Assembly: GCA_033977065.1 (NCBI GenBank)
Contig: JAXCHI010000003.1
Location: 96,001-160,000, forward strand
Direction of reading: 5' to 3'
Length of the DNA stretch: 64,000 bases
Source of the DNA: Candidatus Algichlamydia australiensis
Lineage (GTDB): Bacteria; Chlamydiota; Chlamydiia; Chlamydiales; JAJFMI01
A program made the position numbers and the translations under genes. The first letter of the stretch is position 1, and each line of letters begins with the position of its first letter. Below are positions 49,005 through 59,006 of the stretch, piece by piece. The notes below the pieces were generated by a model. That model did not search any database, was not told the origin of the DNA, and saw nothing but the letters and a program-made list of their open reading frames with translations.

Positions 49005-49818
49005 AATCTGACAGCCCCTCTTTCCAATCTCGCGCTACTATGAACTCTTGCGCTTTTTTTGTCGACAGAACAGAAAACTCCGGTCTTGCTGCTGCTGTCG
49101 GATACTCTTCAGATCGAATCTTCTCGATCGTCTCACATATTAAACTCTCTTCCGGTAACAGCTCCGCAATCACCTCTGCAAAACCGTGCCAGGAAATTTC
49201 TCCCTTTCCTGCAACATGATAAATCCCCTCCTGCTCTAATAAATCAAGCGTTGCTTTCGCCAAGTCATCCGCATAAGTGGGTTTTCCAACCTGATCTCCT
49301 ACAACACGCAAAGATTTTTTTTCCTGCAGTAGTCTGACCATTGTCTTCACAAAATTCCCTCGCCCTCGCCCAAAAAGCCAAGAAGTACGGATGATCAAAT
49401 TATGAGCGGAGATTTCTAAAGCGGCCTTTTCCCCTTCCCATTTGCTCTTACCATAAACAGAGAGTGGAGAGGGAGGATCACTCTCCAGATAAGGTTTTCT
49501 CTTTTTGCCATCAAAGACAAAATCTGTAGAAAAGTGGACCAACTTGGCGCTATTTTTCTTTGCAGCTAAAGCTAAATTGCGTACGCCTTCACAATTGACT
49601 TGATACGCTCTCTCTTCTTCCGATTCCGCTTTATCCACATCCGTGTAAGCTGCGCAATTAAAAACATGCGTATACCCAGTGATCGCATTTACAGCCTTCT
49701 CATTGCAAATATTGACCTCTTGCTCACCTGTTACAAAATAGTCAACAGAGAGCTTTGCAAACAGCTTTTCAAAACTATTTGCCAACATCCCCGACTTTCC
49801 AACAAGCCAAATCCTCAT
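48979..49818 (-). CDS. rmlD: dTDP-4-dehydrorhamnose reductase
   Basis: NCAAYTDVDKAE; STDFVFDG; YGKSK; DQVGKPT. Confidence 0.95.
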   Translation of the reverse strand: MRIWLVGKSGMLANSFEKLFAKLSVDYFVTGEQEVNICNEKAVNAITGYTHVFNCAAYTDVDKAESEEERAYQVNCEGVRNLALAAKKNSAKLVHFSTDFVFDGKKRKPYLESDPPSPLSVYGKSKWEGEKAALEISAHNLIIRTSWLFGRGRGNFVKTMVRLLQEKKSLRVVGDQVGKPTYADDLAKATLDLLEQEGIYHVAGKGEISWHGFAEVIAELLPEESLICETIEKIRSEEYPTAAARPEFSVLSTKKAQEFIVARDWKEGLSDYVQELIKS

Positions 49819-50369
49819 CCAAGAGCTTTTCTGAAAGAAGGACAAGCGAGATCACGATCAGAAACGACAACATGATCTATTGGCCAGCTAATACCGACCT
49901 CAGGATCATCGTAGCGAAAACCACGCTCCTCTTTTGGATCGTAATAATTGCTCACCTTGTACGTTACAATCGCCTCCTCACTTAGCACACAATAACCATG
50001 CGCAAAGCCTGCAGGAATAAAGAGCGATTTATGCTCCTGGTCATCTAAAAAGACCGCAAACCAGCGTCCAAAAGTTGGAGAGTCTTTTCGAATATCAACA
50101 GCAACATCGTAGATTTTTCCCTTAGCAACAGAGACAAGCTTTGCCTGTCCTGGTGAGCCCTGGTAGTGCATCCCACGAATGGTTCCTTTTCTTGACATTG
50201 CCCGATTATCTTGTACAAAGTCGCAATCAATCCCCCCTTCAGCCAACAACTCTCTGCGGTAACTCTCTAAAAAATAGCCGCGATGGTCTTTAAAAACCTT
50301 TGGCACTAGGATTTTTAAGCCTTGAAGGGCGAGGTCATGCACCTCTATCGTCTCTTCACACGTATTCAT
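49815..50369 (-). CDS. rmlC: dTDP-4-dehydrorhamnose 3,5-epimerase
   Basis: DHRGYF; RGMHYQ; DVAVDIR..SPTFG; GFAHG. Confidence 0.96.
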   Translation of the reverse strand: MNTCEETIEVHDLALQGLKILVPKVFKDHRGYFLESYRRELLAEGGIDCDFVQDNRAMSRKGTIRGMHYQGSPGQAKLVSVAKGKIYDVAVDIRKDSPTFGRWFAVFLDDQEHKSLFIPAGFAHGYCVLSEEAIVTYKVSNYYDPKEERGFRYDDPEVGISWPIDHVVVSDRDLACPSFRKALG

Positions 50370-50411
50370 AATACCCTAACAAATCAGTAATATGAATTTA
50401 ATCTACAACCC

Positions 50412-51146
50412 CTAGTATTTAATGCCAATGATTGAAGCGTTTCTTCCTGTTTTTTTTTCATCTCGGCGAAACGAAAAACAGAGATCTGGGTTGTCGTAAG
50501 AACAGATGCGCGAAAAGTGCAGGTGCTTTTCTTGCAAACCTAACTCTAACAGCTGCCACTTTGCAACGGCCCATAAATCAAAGTAGTTGGGTTTCACTTG
50601 AAATTGCCAAAAACTCTCCGGAAGTTCGCTTCGGTAATTTACAAATTCTCCTCGATTTTGCCCCAAACTTGGAGAGATGGAAACGCGCAAATCTGTAGGA
50701 GAACTTCCAAAAACCTCTTTCATCCTACGCACTATTTTCGCATAAATGTTTTGACACTGCCCTCGCCAACCTGCATGAGCCACTCCCACCGCTCTTCTCA
50801 CTGGATCATAGAAAAGTGCAACCTGACAATCAGCCCATGTCATCATCAGAGCAATCCCAGGAATATCTGTAATCAAACCATCGCAGTTTCCTACAAACTC
50901 AGTCGAATCTTCCTTGACGTGTGCAATGGTTGCACCATGAACAACTCCTCCCGTGATCCATCTTGAAAATCCTAAAGCTTCCGCCGCACGCCTGCGATTT
51001 TTCAAAACATTTTCCTTATCATCACCCACGTTTAAAGAGAAGTTTCCCTCGCTACGAAAAAAGTGTCCATGAGGCACTTCCATCTCCCTAGAGTGCGTGA
51101 ATTTTTTATTTATCACTTTGAAACCTATTTCTAATTGCGGTACCAT
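50412..51146 (-). CDS. pgeF: YfiH/PgeF family protein (start uncertain)
   Basis: DGLITD; ADC; HAGWRG; FSFRRD..TGR. Confidence 0.88.
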   Translation of the reverse strand: MVPQLEIGFKVINKKFTHSREMEVPHGHFFRSEGNFSLNVGDDKENVLKNRRRAAEALGFSRWITGGVVHGATIAHVKEDSTEFVGNCDGLITDIPGIALMMTWADCQVALFYDPVRRAVGVAHAGWRGQCQNIYAKIVRRMKEVFGSSPTDLRVSISPSLGQNRGEFVNYRSELPESFWQFQVKPNYFDLWAVAKWQLLELGLQEKHLHFSRICSYDNPDLCFSFRRDEKKTGRNASIIGIKY

Positions 51147-51172
51147 TGATGCATCTTAAGCAAAAAACTAAC

Positions 51173-53173
51173 ATGGGACTATCAACTTATTCAAGCATTG
51201 CCACTCCGTTTCTCTCCATTAGAATGTACGAAAGAGAGAGAACAATCCGCGCCGGAGGAAACCGCTACCTCCCGCTCCTTATGCAAATTTTGCAACTATC
51301 TACGGTAATCAATTTTGTAAACGAATCCGATGTCTTAACCCCACTTTTTGGCAGAGCCGTCAAACTAAATTCTGGCTATTTCATAATGGCAGAGATTGCA
51401 TTCGGGGTTTTTCTCCATCTATCCCCCATTAATAAACAGCTTAAAACACCTACAATTGTACCGGAAAAAACGATCAAAGGGGTAGATTTAGAAAATAAAA
51501 AATTTGTTGTTGTTATTCCCTCTCATAAAAAAAATCCTACTCGTGTTTCCAATGCTCTCTCAAGAGCCATTACACCTCTTGCGAATCAATTCGATGAGAG
51601 CACACCTGTATCTCGGACTGCGCTTCGGATTTTTAACAACATCTCAAATTTTAGCATGATCGTTTTATTCGCTACATCTTTCGGTCTTATTGCAAAGGGA
51701 GAACGAAGAAAAGGCGCTACAATTCTCGGAATTTTTGCCGCAAAAGGCGCCATAGAAACCGCCAACTCATTAGATAGAATTGCAGAGGTGTTTCGAGATC
51801 ATAAGTTTACATCTACTGGGGATCGAATAAAAAGCTTTTCAGATGCAATTGCTATTCCCCTTTCTCGTATTCGTTACCACTTCAACTCAATCTCAAAGAG
51901 AATCAGCGTCGTAAGAGCATATACAACACTCTATACAGGAGACGAATTAGAGAAGTTTTTTTCTGTTTTAGATTTAGCAAATGATCACTTTGGAAATCTA
52001 GTCTATCGCATTTACAAGTGGAGCCAAGGTGAGAAAAAAGATGCATACGTCAAGCAAAAACTCTACTCACCTGTAGAAAACCTTAACCACTGCGAAGTCG
52101 ATGAAACACACATTCAACAGGCAATCATTCTCCCCCCAGAGCCTGATCTTAATCTTGAAAAATCTCTTATTGAGCTCTACGATAAGACAACTTTTTCAGA
52201 TCAAATCTGCTTGGATAACCAGGAAGATAAAAAATTAATGAAAAAAATCATGGAGGGTGTGGTTAAAAACACTCCTGAATCCATACGAGCCTATGCTAAA
52301 GATGGAATCCGTTTGTTTATTCGAGGAGTGATTTGGCAGAAACCTATCGCTGGAAAAATGCGTTCTCAAATGGACTATGACAGAGTCCGCATTATGACAA
52401 AATGCCTTGTAGAAAAATTCCAAAACTCTAAAGATCCAAAACAAAAACCCTACATAGATCGAGCACTCTTCACGTTAGGCCTTCTAGGCCACTACTGTTC
52501 AGCGGGGTATTTTCGAGTTCTTGAACCTCTCTATTCAAGTTTTGTTGAGTCTAAATCGACAGATAGAAAAACAAAAATTCTCAACCTTTTAAGAAACACA
52601 AGACACAATATCCTTGATGGTAATTTTCTACAAAAAACCAATCCCTTACAAGCCTCGGTAGAAGACCCTAACGATATTGATTACCGAAATCAAACCCTTC
52701 TTGAAGACTACTGGCTTGCAAACGAACCTCCCACCTTTGGAGCACAAGCTGAATATGGAAATAACCTTAGCTGGATAAGCGTTGGAGTGCGCTATTTACA
52801 GTTCAAACCGTTGGAGAATCGAAGGAAACTCTACACTCCCCAAACTATCTGTGAAGCAATTAATGAAGATTTAGCTAATGAGCGGATAGTAAAAAAAGAA
52901 GAAACCGAAGAGATTCAAAGAAGTCAAGTGCCCATGGACGACTACCTGGAGTGGTTTGTTATGTGGCTCATGATAAGAAAAAACTATAAAAATAGAGATG
53001 ATGCCGTCAAGTTTTTTAACGATAACATCAAAATTGAAGAAGAGATCGCGCCCAACAATGAGGGAGAAGATTGGCAATATCGATACACAATTAAAGAGAA
53101 TTATCTTCGATTGATGCTTGTCGAGTTGGGAATCTTAAAAGTCCCAGAAGACTCTCCTTATCTGAAAAAATAA
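51173..53173 (+). CDS. Hypothetical membrane-associated protein, paralog 1
   Basis: Collinear paralog of 54391-56340; N-terminal hydrophobic segments; GHYC..G.FRV motif. Confidence 0.8.
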   Translation: MGLSTYSSIATPFLSIRMYERERTIRAGGNRYLPLLMQILQLSTVINFVNESDVLTPLFGRAVKLNSGYFIMAEIAFGVFLHLSPINKQLKTPTIVPEKTIKGVDLENKKFVVVIPSHKKNPTRVSNALSRAITPLANQFDESTPVSRTALRIFNNISNFSMIVLFATSFGLIAKGERRKGATILGIFAAKGAIETANSLDRIAEVFRDHKFTSTGDRIKSFSDAIAIPLSRIRYHFNSISKRISVVRAYTTLYTGDELEKFFSVLDLANDHFGNLVYRIYKWSQGEKKDAYVKQKLYSPVENLNHCEVDETHIQQAIILPPEPDLNLEKSLIELYDKTTFSDQICLDNQEDKKLMKKIMEGVVKNTPESIRAYAKDGIRLFIRGVIWQKPIAGKMRSQMDYDRVRIMTKCLVEKFQNSKDPKQKPYIDRALFTLGLLGHYCSAGYFRVLEPLYSSFVESKSTDRKTKILNLLRNTRHNILDGNFLQKTNPLQASVEDPNDIDYRNQTLLEDYWLANEPPTFGAQAEYGNNLSWISVGVRYLQFKPLENRRKLYTPQTICEAINEDLANERIVKKEETEEIQRSQVPMDDYLEWFVMWLMIRKNYKNRDDAVKFFNDNIKIEEEIAPNNEGEDWQYRYTIKENYLRLMLVELGILKVPEDSPYLKK

Positions 53174-53188
53174 TTTTTTGTTAGTCTA

Positions 53189-54050
53189 GATAGTGTCGTC
53201 AAAAGGCTATAATCAGATTATTTTTCATGTTTGCAGCTTATTTTTGTGCAGAAATTGAAGCTGAATTTGTAAATTCCGCTTCATTTGAGCACAAAAATGG
53301 AGCCCAAACGTAAAAACAGGGTGATCAAAAGGATTTAACGACACTGTTTAGAACATGCAAAGTTTTCTGCAAAACAAAAAAAACAGCCGCGCAAGCGACG
53401 TGAAAGGGACCCTACCCAAAACGAAGTGGAGGGTGGGGAATGAACGCGCGATGCGCTCGATGGCTTCAGATTGGCTTTGAAAAATTGCGGTGCAGGAGGA
53501 AGAAGTAGTGCTTTGCACGGTTTTCCGACGAAACGCAATTTGGCATGCCAAGATGAAGCTCAAAGGGCAGCGGGGATTTGCCCGACTGTCTCTATTGGCT
53601 GTTTTTTTTAAATTAAACACTAATATTTTCTGTTACAGAGTACTAGTACTCTGTAACAGAAAATTTTGCTATTCTTTTTAACGTCAAAGCCTTCGCATAA
53701 AAATGGATCCCAAACGTGAAAAGTAAAGCGATTGTATGTGATTGAAAAAGCTGTCTAGACCTTGCAAAGTTTTCTGCAAAACAAAAAAAAACAGCCGCGC
53801 AAGCGACGTGAAAGGGGCCCCTCCCGAAACAAAGTGGAGGGTGGGGAATGAACGCGCGATGCGCTCGATGGCTTCAGATTGGCTTTGAAAAATTGCGGTG
53901 CAGGAGGAAGAAGTAGTGCTTTGCACGGTTTTCCGACGAAACGCAATTTGGCATGCCAAGATGAAGCTCAAAGGGCAGCGGGGATTTGCCCGACTGTCTC
54001 TATTGGCTGTTTTTTTAAATTAAACACTAAGATTTTCTGTTACAGAGTAC
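53189..54050. mobile_element. Composite stack of miniature elements (A 53189-53348, partial B 53351-53643, complete B 53646-54050)
   Basis: Modules separated by TA; B has perfect TIRs GTACTCTGTAACAGAAAA / TTTTCTGTTACAGAGTAC; empty site seen at 56351-56360. Confidence 0.88.
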
Positions 54051-54052
54051 TA

Positions 54053-54185
54053 GGGAAGTGATTCAGGAACTTTTCCCCAACGAGAAGATTGGCTCTTATC
54101 TAGCAGGCTCCTTTGCACAAAAGGGCGACAGTGAAAAACAGCATTACTACCTTGTTACAGGCAAAGAGCGATAAACTCTTCTTTT
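54053..54185 (+). pseudogene. Duplicated 5-prime fragment of the aldehyde dehydrogenase gene
   Basis: Close copy of ~56356-56487 (IQELFPNEKIGSYLAGSFAQKGD), ending in a TAA stop. Confidence 0.85.
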
Positions 54186-54267
54186 CATTTTAGAACCGCC
54201 GAAAAAATGCCCGTGAGGAGTTTTTATCAACCCTGTTCCTGTAAATTCAATTTTTGTATTTGCGATA

Positions 54268-54296
54268 TTGACCATCAATCATCCCTATGATAAAAT
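54268..54296 (+). promoter_or_regulatory. Sigma70/66 promoter with extended -10
   Basis: TTGACC-N17-TAAAAT with TG before the -10 box. Confidence 0.6.
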
Positions 54297-54390
54297 CTAC
54301 GCAAATTAAAATAAAAAACAAACAGGAAAAGCTGAATAATTGCCCTCCTTAAAACTTTTTCGAAAGGAGCAGTTATTCAGAGTTTATGAT

Positions 54391-56340
54391 ATGAATCTCT
54401 CAGCCTTTTCAAGCATTGCTGAACCCCTAACATTTGTAAATGATTGTCAGGAAGAAAACACTTACCGTACAGGCCGATCCTACTATCTTCCTCTGATTTT
54501 TCAAGGCATAATTGCTTACAACACGATCACCTATGTTAACAGCACGGACTCACTTAAACTTCTTTTTGGTAGAACTGTAGAAATCCAATTCCGCTATTTT
54601 CTTATTACGCAAATTGCTATTGCTACTCTTTTAAATCTACCCAGTTGGAATAACTTCCTCAAAGCTCCTCGTATCGGACCGAAGGAAATTTATCATAATG
54701 GGGTTCCTACGATTTATACAAATGTCACCGAGAAAAAAGATCCTGGACCAACCGCTAAAAAGATTTCAAAGGTGATTTCACCTCTATCTAGTCAAATGGA
54801 GGGAAGCACACGACTTTCCAAAACTGTTTTCTTTATCCACGATAACATTCCAAGGGCTGCAAGAGTTGCAATGATTGCGAGCTCTGTAGGTCTGATTGCA
54901 AACGGATATCGTGTGAAAGGGGCTTCAGCACTGAGTGTGTTTGCACTAGAAGAAATAATTCATTTTTTGTACTCACTCGAGGAAATTGCGCAAAAATGCG
55001 ATCAGTACGGCTTGAATGCATTTGCAGAGAGAACAAGGGGATTTTCAAAAAAAATTGCTCCCCTACTTTCACAGTTTCGATTTAGGTTTTACAACCTTGC
55101 AAATAACATTGAGACATTAAACAACTATTATAAGGTTTATTCTGGAACAGGAGAAGGAAGACTTATCTCTTTGATTATGTTACTTGATAGGCATTTAGGA
55201 AATACAATTTACCAAGTTTACAAGTACGCTCAAGGCGAGCAAGAAGAGACTAGAATAGAGCAAAAATTGCATTCTCCTATTGAGGATATTGACGAATATC
55301 ACTGTGAGATAAATGAAGCACATATTCGTCCAATCTACTTGCCAAATGAGCCCAATTTAGATCTAAAAGACTCTCTAAACTCTCTTTATAAAAGAAGCAC
55401 GTACTCAGATGAGTTCTGCAAAATAAAAGCAAATGAAGATGATGTTTTAAAAGTAAAAATCCGAAAAGGAGAAGTAGAAAACTCTCCTAAAGCGATCAGA
55501 GAATACCTAGGAAAAGGCTTTGAAAAATTTGTAAATGCTGCCGTTAACCATAAACTTCAAGCAGGTGAACTCCGCACGCAAAAAGATTATGACAACCTAC
55601 GTATAATGATAAAATGCTGTGTAGAAAAGTGGTTAGAAAGCTCAAAAGAAAATGTTCCCGTTGAAATTCAAGATGCCTTATTCAATATTGGTCTTGTCGG
55701 TCACTACTGTGTAGATGGTCTCTTTCGTGTTGTAGAGAGTTACTACGCTTCGTTCGTAGATTCCAAAGCAATAGGAATTGATGCGAAGCTCTCGCATCTT
55801 CTGCGCACAATGCGACGCAACGTTCTTGATGGAGTGCTGACGGAGAAAACTAAGCCTGCAGCACGAGCTCTGCTCAACCCAGATGATATTCACTTAAGAA
55901 ACGAAATAATCTCTGAATTTTACTGGCTCGCAGGAGAACCTCTGACTTTTGGAGCTCAAGCATTCAGTGGAAATAAGATTAGCTGGTTCAGTGCCATCTT
56001 CTATCACACCTTTTACCACCCACTGGAAAAAAGACGGCAGCGCTACACTCCAAAAACCATCTGTGAAGCGATCAATGAAGATCTTCATAACGGTCAAAAC
56101 GCTACCATTCCATTTGATGAATACACGAAATGGTTTGGAAGATGGCTGGCTGAAAAACATAAAATCTCACAAACAGAAGGAGAGAACCGCTTCTATTCTG
56201 AATTTGTAGTTGAAAAAGAACTTGGCGATCCAGAAAACCCTGACTATCGCTACTCCATCAAAGAGAGTGCTCTCCTAATGATGCTTGTCGAGTTGGGAAT
56301 CTTAAAAGTCCCAGAAGACTCTCCTTATCTGAAAAAATAA
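54391..56340 (+). CDS. Hypothetical membrane-associated protein, paralog 2
   Basis: Start aligned with paralog 1 (MNLSAFSSIA vs MGLSTYSSIA); identical C-terminus. Confidence 0.8.
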   Translation: MNLSAFSSIAEPLTFVNDCQEENTYRTGRSYYLPLIFQGIIAYNTITYVNSTDSLKLLFGRTVEIQFRYFLITQIAIATLLNLPSWNNFLKAPRIGPKEIYHNGVPTIYTNVTEKKDPGPTAKKISKVISPLSSQMEGSTRLSKTVFFIHDNIPRAARVAMIASSVGLIANGYRVKGASALSVFALEEIIHFLYSLEEIAQKCDQYGLNAFAERTRGFSKKIAPLLSQFRFRFYNLANNIETLNNYYKVYSGTGEGRLISLIMLLDRHLGNTIYQVYKYAQGEQEETRIEQKLHSPIEDIDEYHCEINEAHIRPIYLPNEPNLDLKDSLNSLYKRSTYSDEFCKIKANEDDVLKVKIRKGEVENSPKAIREYLGKGFEKFVNAAVNHKLQAGELRTQKDYDNLRIMIKCCVEKWLESSKENVPVEIQDALFNIGLVGHYCVDGLFRVVESYYASFVDSKAIGIDAKLSHLLRTMRRNVLDGVLTEKTKPAARALLNPDDIHLRNEIISEFYWLAGEPLTFGAQAFSGNKISWFSAIFYHTFYHPLEKRRQRYTPKTICEAINEDLHNGQNATIPFDEYTKWFGRWLAEKHKISQTEGENRFYSEFVVEKELGDPENPDYRYSIKESALLMMLVELGILKVPEDSPYLKK

Positions 56341-56360
56341 TTTTTTGTTAGTCTAGGGAA

Positions 56361-57794
56361 ATGATTCAGGAACTTTTCCCTAATGAGAAGATCGGCTCTT
56401 ATCTAGCAGGCTCCTTTGCACAAAAGGGCGACATTGAAAAACAGCATAATTCCCTAGTTACGGGAAAAGAGTTAAAAACTCTTCTTTTTGTCTCCGACAA
56501 ACAAATTGATGAAGCGCTGCAAGCAGCAAAGCTCGGCCATGAGAAGATGCGCTCTAAAACTGCTTTTGAACGGGCTAACATATTGGAAGAAATTGCCACG
56601 CTCTTAGAGCAGTATCGCGATTCACTTGCAAATTTGATTACGCACGAGATGGGCAAACCAATTAAACAAGCCAAGGGTGAAGTAGATTATACGATTGGAT
56701 ATTTTCGCTTTTTTGCTCAAGAGGCAACGCGCATTTTTGGTTTAGAAATCCCCTCTTCCAATCCATGTAAAAAATTGCGTACGCGCTTTGAGCCAATTGG
56801 CCCTTGTGCTGTGATCACACCCTGGAACTTTCCTCTTGCGATGGCGGGACGCAAAATTGCCTCTGCGATTGCTGCTGGCTGCGCTGTTATTGCAAAACCC
56901 AGTTCAACATCCCCTCTTTCACTGCTAGCTCTTGGTACGCTCTCTGCTCACTCATCTTTGCCAAAAGAGGCCCTCTCCATCTTGATTGGCGACACAGAAA
57001 AGATTAGTCACGCTCTTACTTCTTCATCGATCATTCGAAAACTCTCTTTTACAGGAAGCTGCGAGGCAGGAGAGTCTCTATACAGAGCGTGCGCAAAAAC
57101 AATGAAGAAATTGACTTTAGAGCTGGGTGGTCACGCTCCTTTTCTTGTTTTTGCCGACTGTGATATTAAAAAAGCAGCTATTGAGGCGGTTCAAGCAAAG
57201 TTTCGCAATGGTGGGCAGACCTGCATTTGCGCCAACCGCTTTTTAATCGAGCGCAAAGTGTATGAGAGCTTTGCAGAGCAGTTCACAAAGCAAACAAAAA
57301 AACTCCATGTTGGTGACCCTCTTGATGAGAGAACCGATCTTTCCTTTCATCTGCATCCCACATCCGTAAAAAAAGTGCCTCTTCATATCGAAAACGCTCT
57401 TGGCCACGGCGCAAAGTCATTGATGAGAAGCGGCCACCCCTACGAACCTGAAATTCTTCTCGACGCCAAACCCGAAATGCAGATTTTCCAAGAGGAGACC
57501 TTTGGCCCCGTTGCACCACTAATGCCTTTTGATCGTGAAGAAGAGGCGATTCATTTAGCAAACGATACACCTTACGGTCTTGCGGCCTATCTTTTTACCA
57601 ATAATCTGCAACGTGCAGAGCGCATAAGCGCTGCCCTAAACTTTGGAATTATTGGTCTTAATGATGGAGCGCCCAGCACTCCAAATGCTCCTTTTGGAGG
57701 AGTCAAAGCCTCCGGCTTTGGTCGAGAAGGCGGTCCATCAGGAATTTATGAATATTTAATGGAAAAAACAATTAGTTATGGAAATCTTGATTAA
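56361..57794 (+). CDS. gabD: NAD(P)-dependent succinate-semialdehyde dehydrogenase-like aldehyde dehydrogenase
   Basis: ITPWNFP; SFTGS; LELGGHAP; FRNGGQTCIC; EETFGP; PFGGVKASGFGREG. Confidence 0.85.
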   Translation: MIQELFPNEKIGSYLAGSFAQKGDIEKQHNSLVTGKELKTLLFVSDKQIDEALQAAKLGHEKMRSKTAFERANILEEIATLLEQYRDSLANLITHEMGKPIKQAKGEVDYTIGYFRFFAQEATRIFGLEIPSSNPCKKLRTRFEPIGPCAVITPWNFPLAMAGRKIASAIAAGCAVIAKPSSTSPLSLLALGTLSAHSSLPKEALSILIGDTEKISHALTSSSIIRKLSFTGSCEAGESLYRACAKTMKKLTLELGGHAPFLVFADCDIKKAAIEAVQAKFRNGGQTCICANRFLIERKVYESFAEQFTKQTKKLHVGDPLDERTDLSFHLHPTSVKKVPLHIENALGHGAKSLMRSGHPYEPEILLDAKPEMQIFQEETFGPVAPLMPFDREEEAIHLANDTPYGLAAYLFTNNLQRAERISAALNFGIIGLNDGAPSTPNAPFGGVKASGFGREGGPSGIYEYLMEKTISYGNLD

Positions 57795-58656
57795 TAATCC
57801 TCTGCAAAGCTTGACCTTTGCTCTTATGATTTTTGCCCTCCTTAGCCTCTGGATTCACAAGAATTCCTACCTCTGGGGGACACTCTTTGGTACCTCCTAT
57901 CTGCTTGGCTCTATCGCGGGAATTCTCCAGCTTAACTCTCTTTTTGCTATCGTTCTTCTTCTTGGATCGTATCTCTTTCTCACAACAGAAGATCCCAAAG
58001 GCTGGCTGCGCCTCATTCCTACATCCATCATCACTCTCATCTCCTTCGGTTTCATCTTCCATCGCATTCCTGGCTTTACGAATTGGCTCCTCCTTCGCGA
58101 AGTTCAAGTTAGTCCTAACTCCTACCCTCACACCATTTTTTGGAATTACGACAAAGCCCTCTTAGGACTCTTTCCCCTAGCATTTACAATTCCCCTACTC
58201 AAAACCAAAGCCTCCATTAAAAAAATTCTCCCAAAAACACTTTTACTATCGGCTATTTCTATCGTCGTTCTTCTAGGCTTAAGTCTCTTTTTTCGATTTA
58301 TCTCCTTTGATCCGAAGTGGCCTCCCTACTTTCTTTATTGGGTAGTGGCCAATTTCTTCTTCGTCTGTGTTACTGAAGAAGCCTTCTTTCGCGGCTTTTT
58401 ACAAAAAGAGATCACGGAAGCTCTTCCTCACCGTCACTCCGCTTGGTTTGCCATCTTCTTTGTTTCTCTTCTCTTTGCCTTAGCACATCTCCCTTTCTTG
58501 CAAGATTTTCGCTACCTCATTCTTGTTTTCGTTGCCAGCTTTCTCTACGGCACGACCTATCACCTAACAGAGGCGATCGAGAGCAGCATCTTTGCACACT
58601 TCCTCGTCAACCTGCTACATATTCTAATTTTTACTTACCCTACGATGAAGCCATAA
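57778..58656 (+). CDS. CPBP/Abi intramembrane glutamic protease
   Basis: EEAFFRG; FALAH; AHFLVN; multi-TM. Confidence 0.88.
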   Translation: MEILINNPLQSLTFALMIFALLSLWIHKNSYLWGTLFGTSYLLGSIAGILQLNSLFAIVLLLGSYLFLTTEDPKGWLRLIPTSIITLISFGFIFHRIPGFTNWLLLREVQVSPNSYPHTIFWNYDKALLGLFPLAFTIPLLKTKASIKKILPKTLLLSAISIVVLLGLSLFFRFISFDPKWPPYFLYWVVANFFFVCVTEEAFFRGFLQKEITEALPHRHSAWFAIFFVSLLFALAHLPFLQDFRYLILVFVASFLYGTTYHLTEAIESSIFAHFLVNLLHILIFTYPTMKP

Positions 58657-58664
58657 GCATCGAA

Positions 58665-58730
58665 AGTTATAGCAAGTTATACATAGTTATAGTAAGATTC
58701 TGCTATAACTGCTTATAACTTGCTATAACT
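58665..58730. repeat. 10-bp direct repeats arranged as an inverted pair of triplets
   Basis: AGTTATAGCA AGTTATACAT AGTTATAGTA agattc TGCTATAACT GCTTATAACT TGCTATAACT. Confidence 0.85.
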
Positions 58731-59006
58731 CAACTCAGGCCATGGACGAAATCAAAAATCCTTTGCCCTTCTTACGGACATATCGCATTCACAGTACCAT
58801 TATTTGACCAGTTCATGATAAGAACTATGCAAGACTGGAACCAGAATGAAATAATCTAGTAACTCAAATTGCTACCCCCTTCCCCCTCTGGAGAAGCTGG
58901 GCAGCAACTTCTAATTTAATTTTTACTTACCTCATAACCAGGTAAAATAAGTTGTATTAAATTGGTCATTAATGTAAAATATTCTTAATTAACGAGTGTT
59001 TTTGTA

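Noticed and set aside
53335..54061. Short repeated ORFs (also 110-331 and 42176-42403) as a small-protein family or transposase
   Set aside because: They are translations of the non-coding element; frames differ between copies and no DDE/HUH motif is visible.
51173..56340. DGR-type template/variable repeat between the paralog ends
   Set aside because: The shared block is identical rather than adenine-variable, and there is no reverse transcriptase in the window.
57778..58656. CPBP (CaaX-protease-like) gene as the processing partner of the CVIM protein
   Set aside because: CPBP proteins are common in bacteria, the genes are 46 kb apart, and nothing in the sequence links them.
58740..58915. 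Possible gene remnant or ncRNA in the intergenic gap
   Set aside because: No convincing ORF, recognised motif or second copy.
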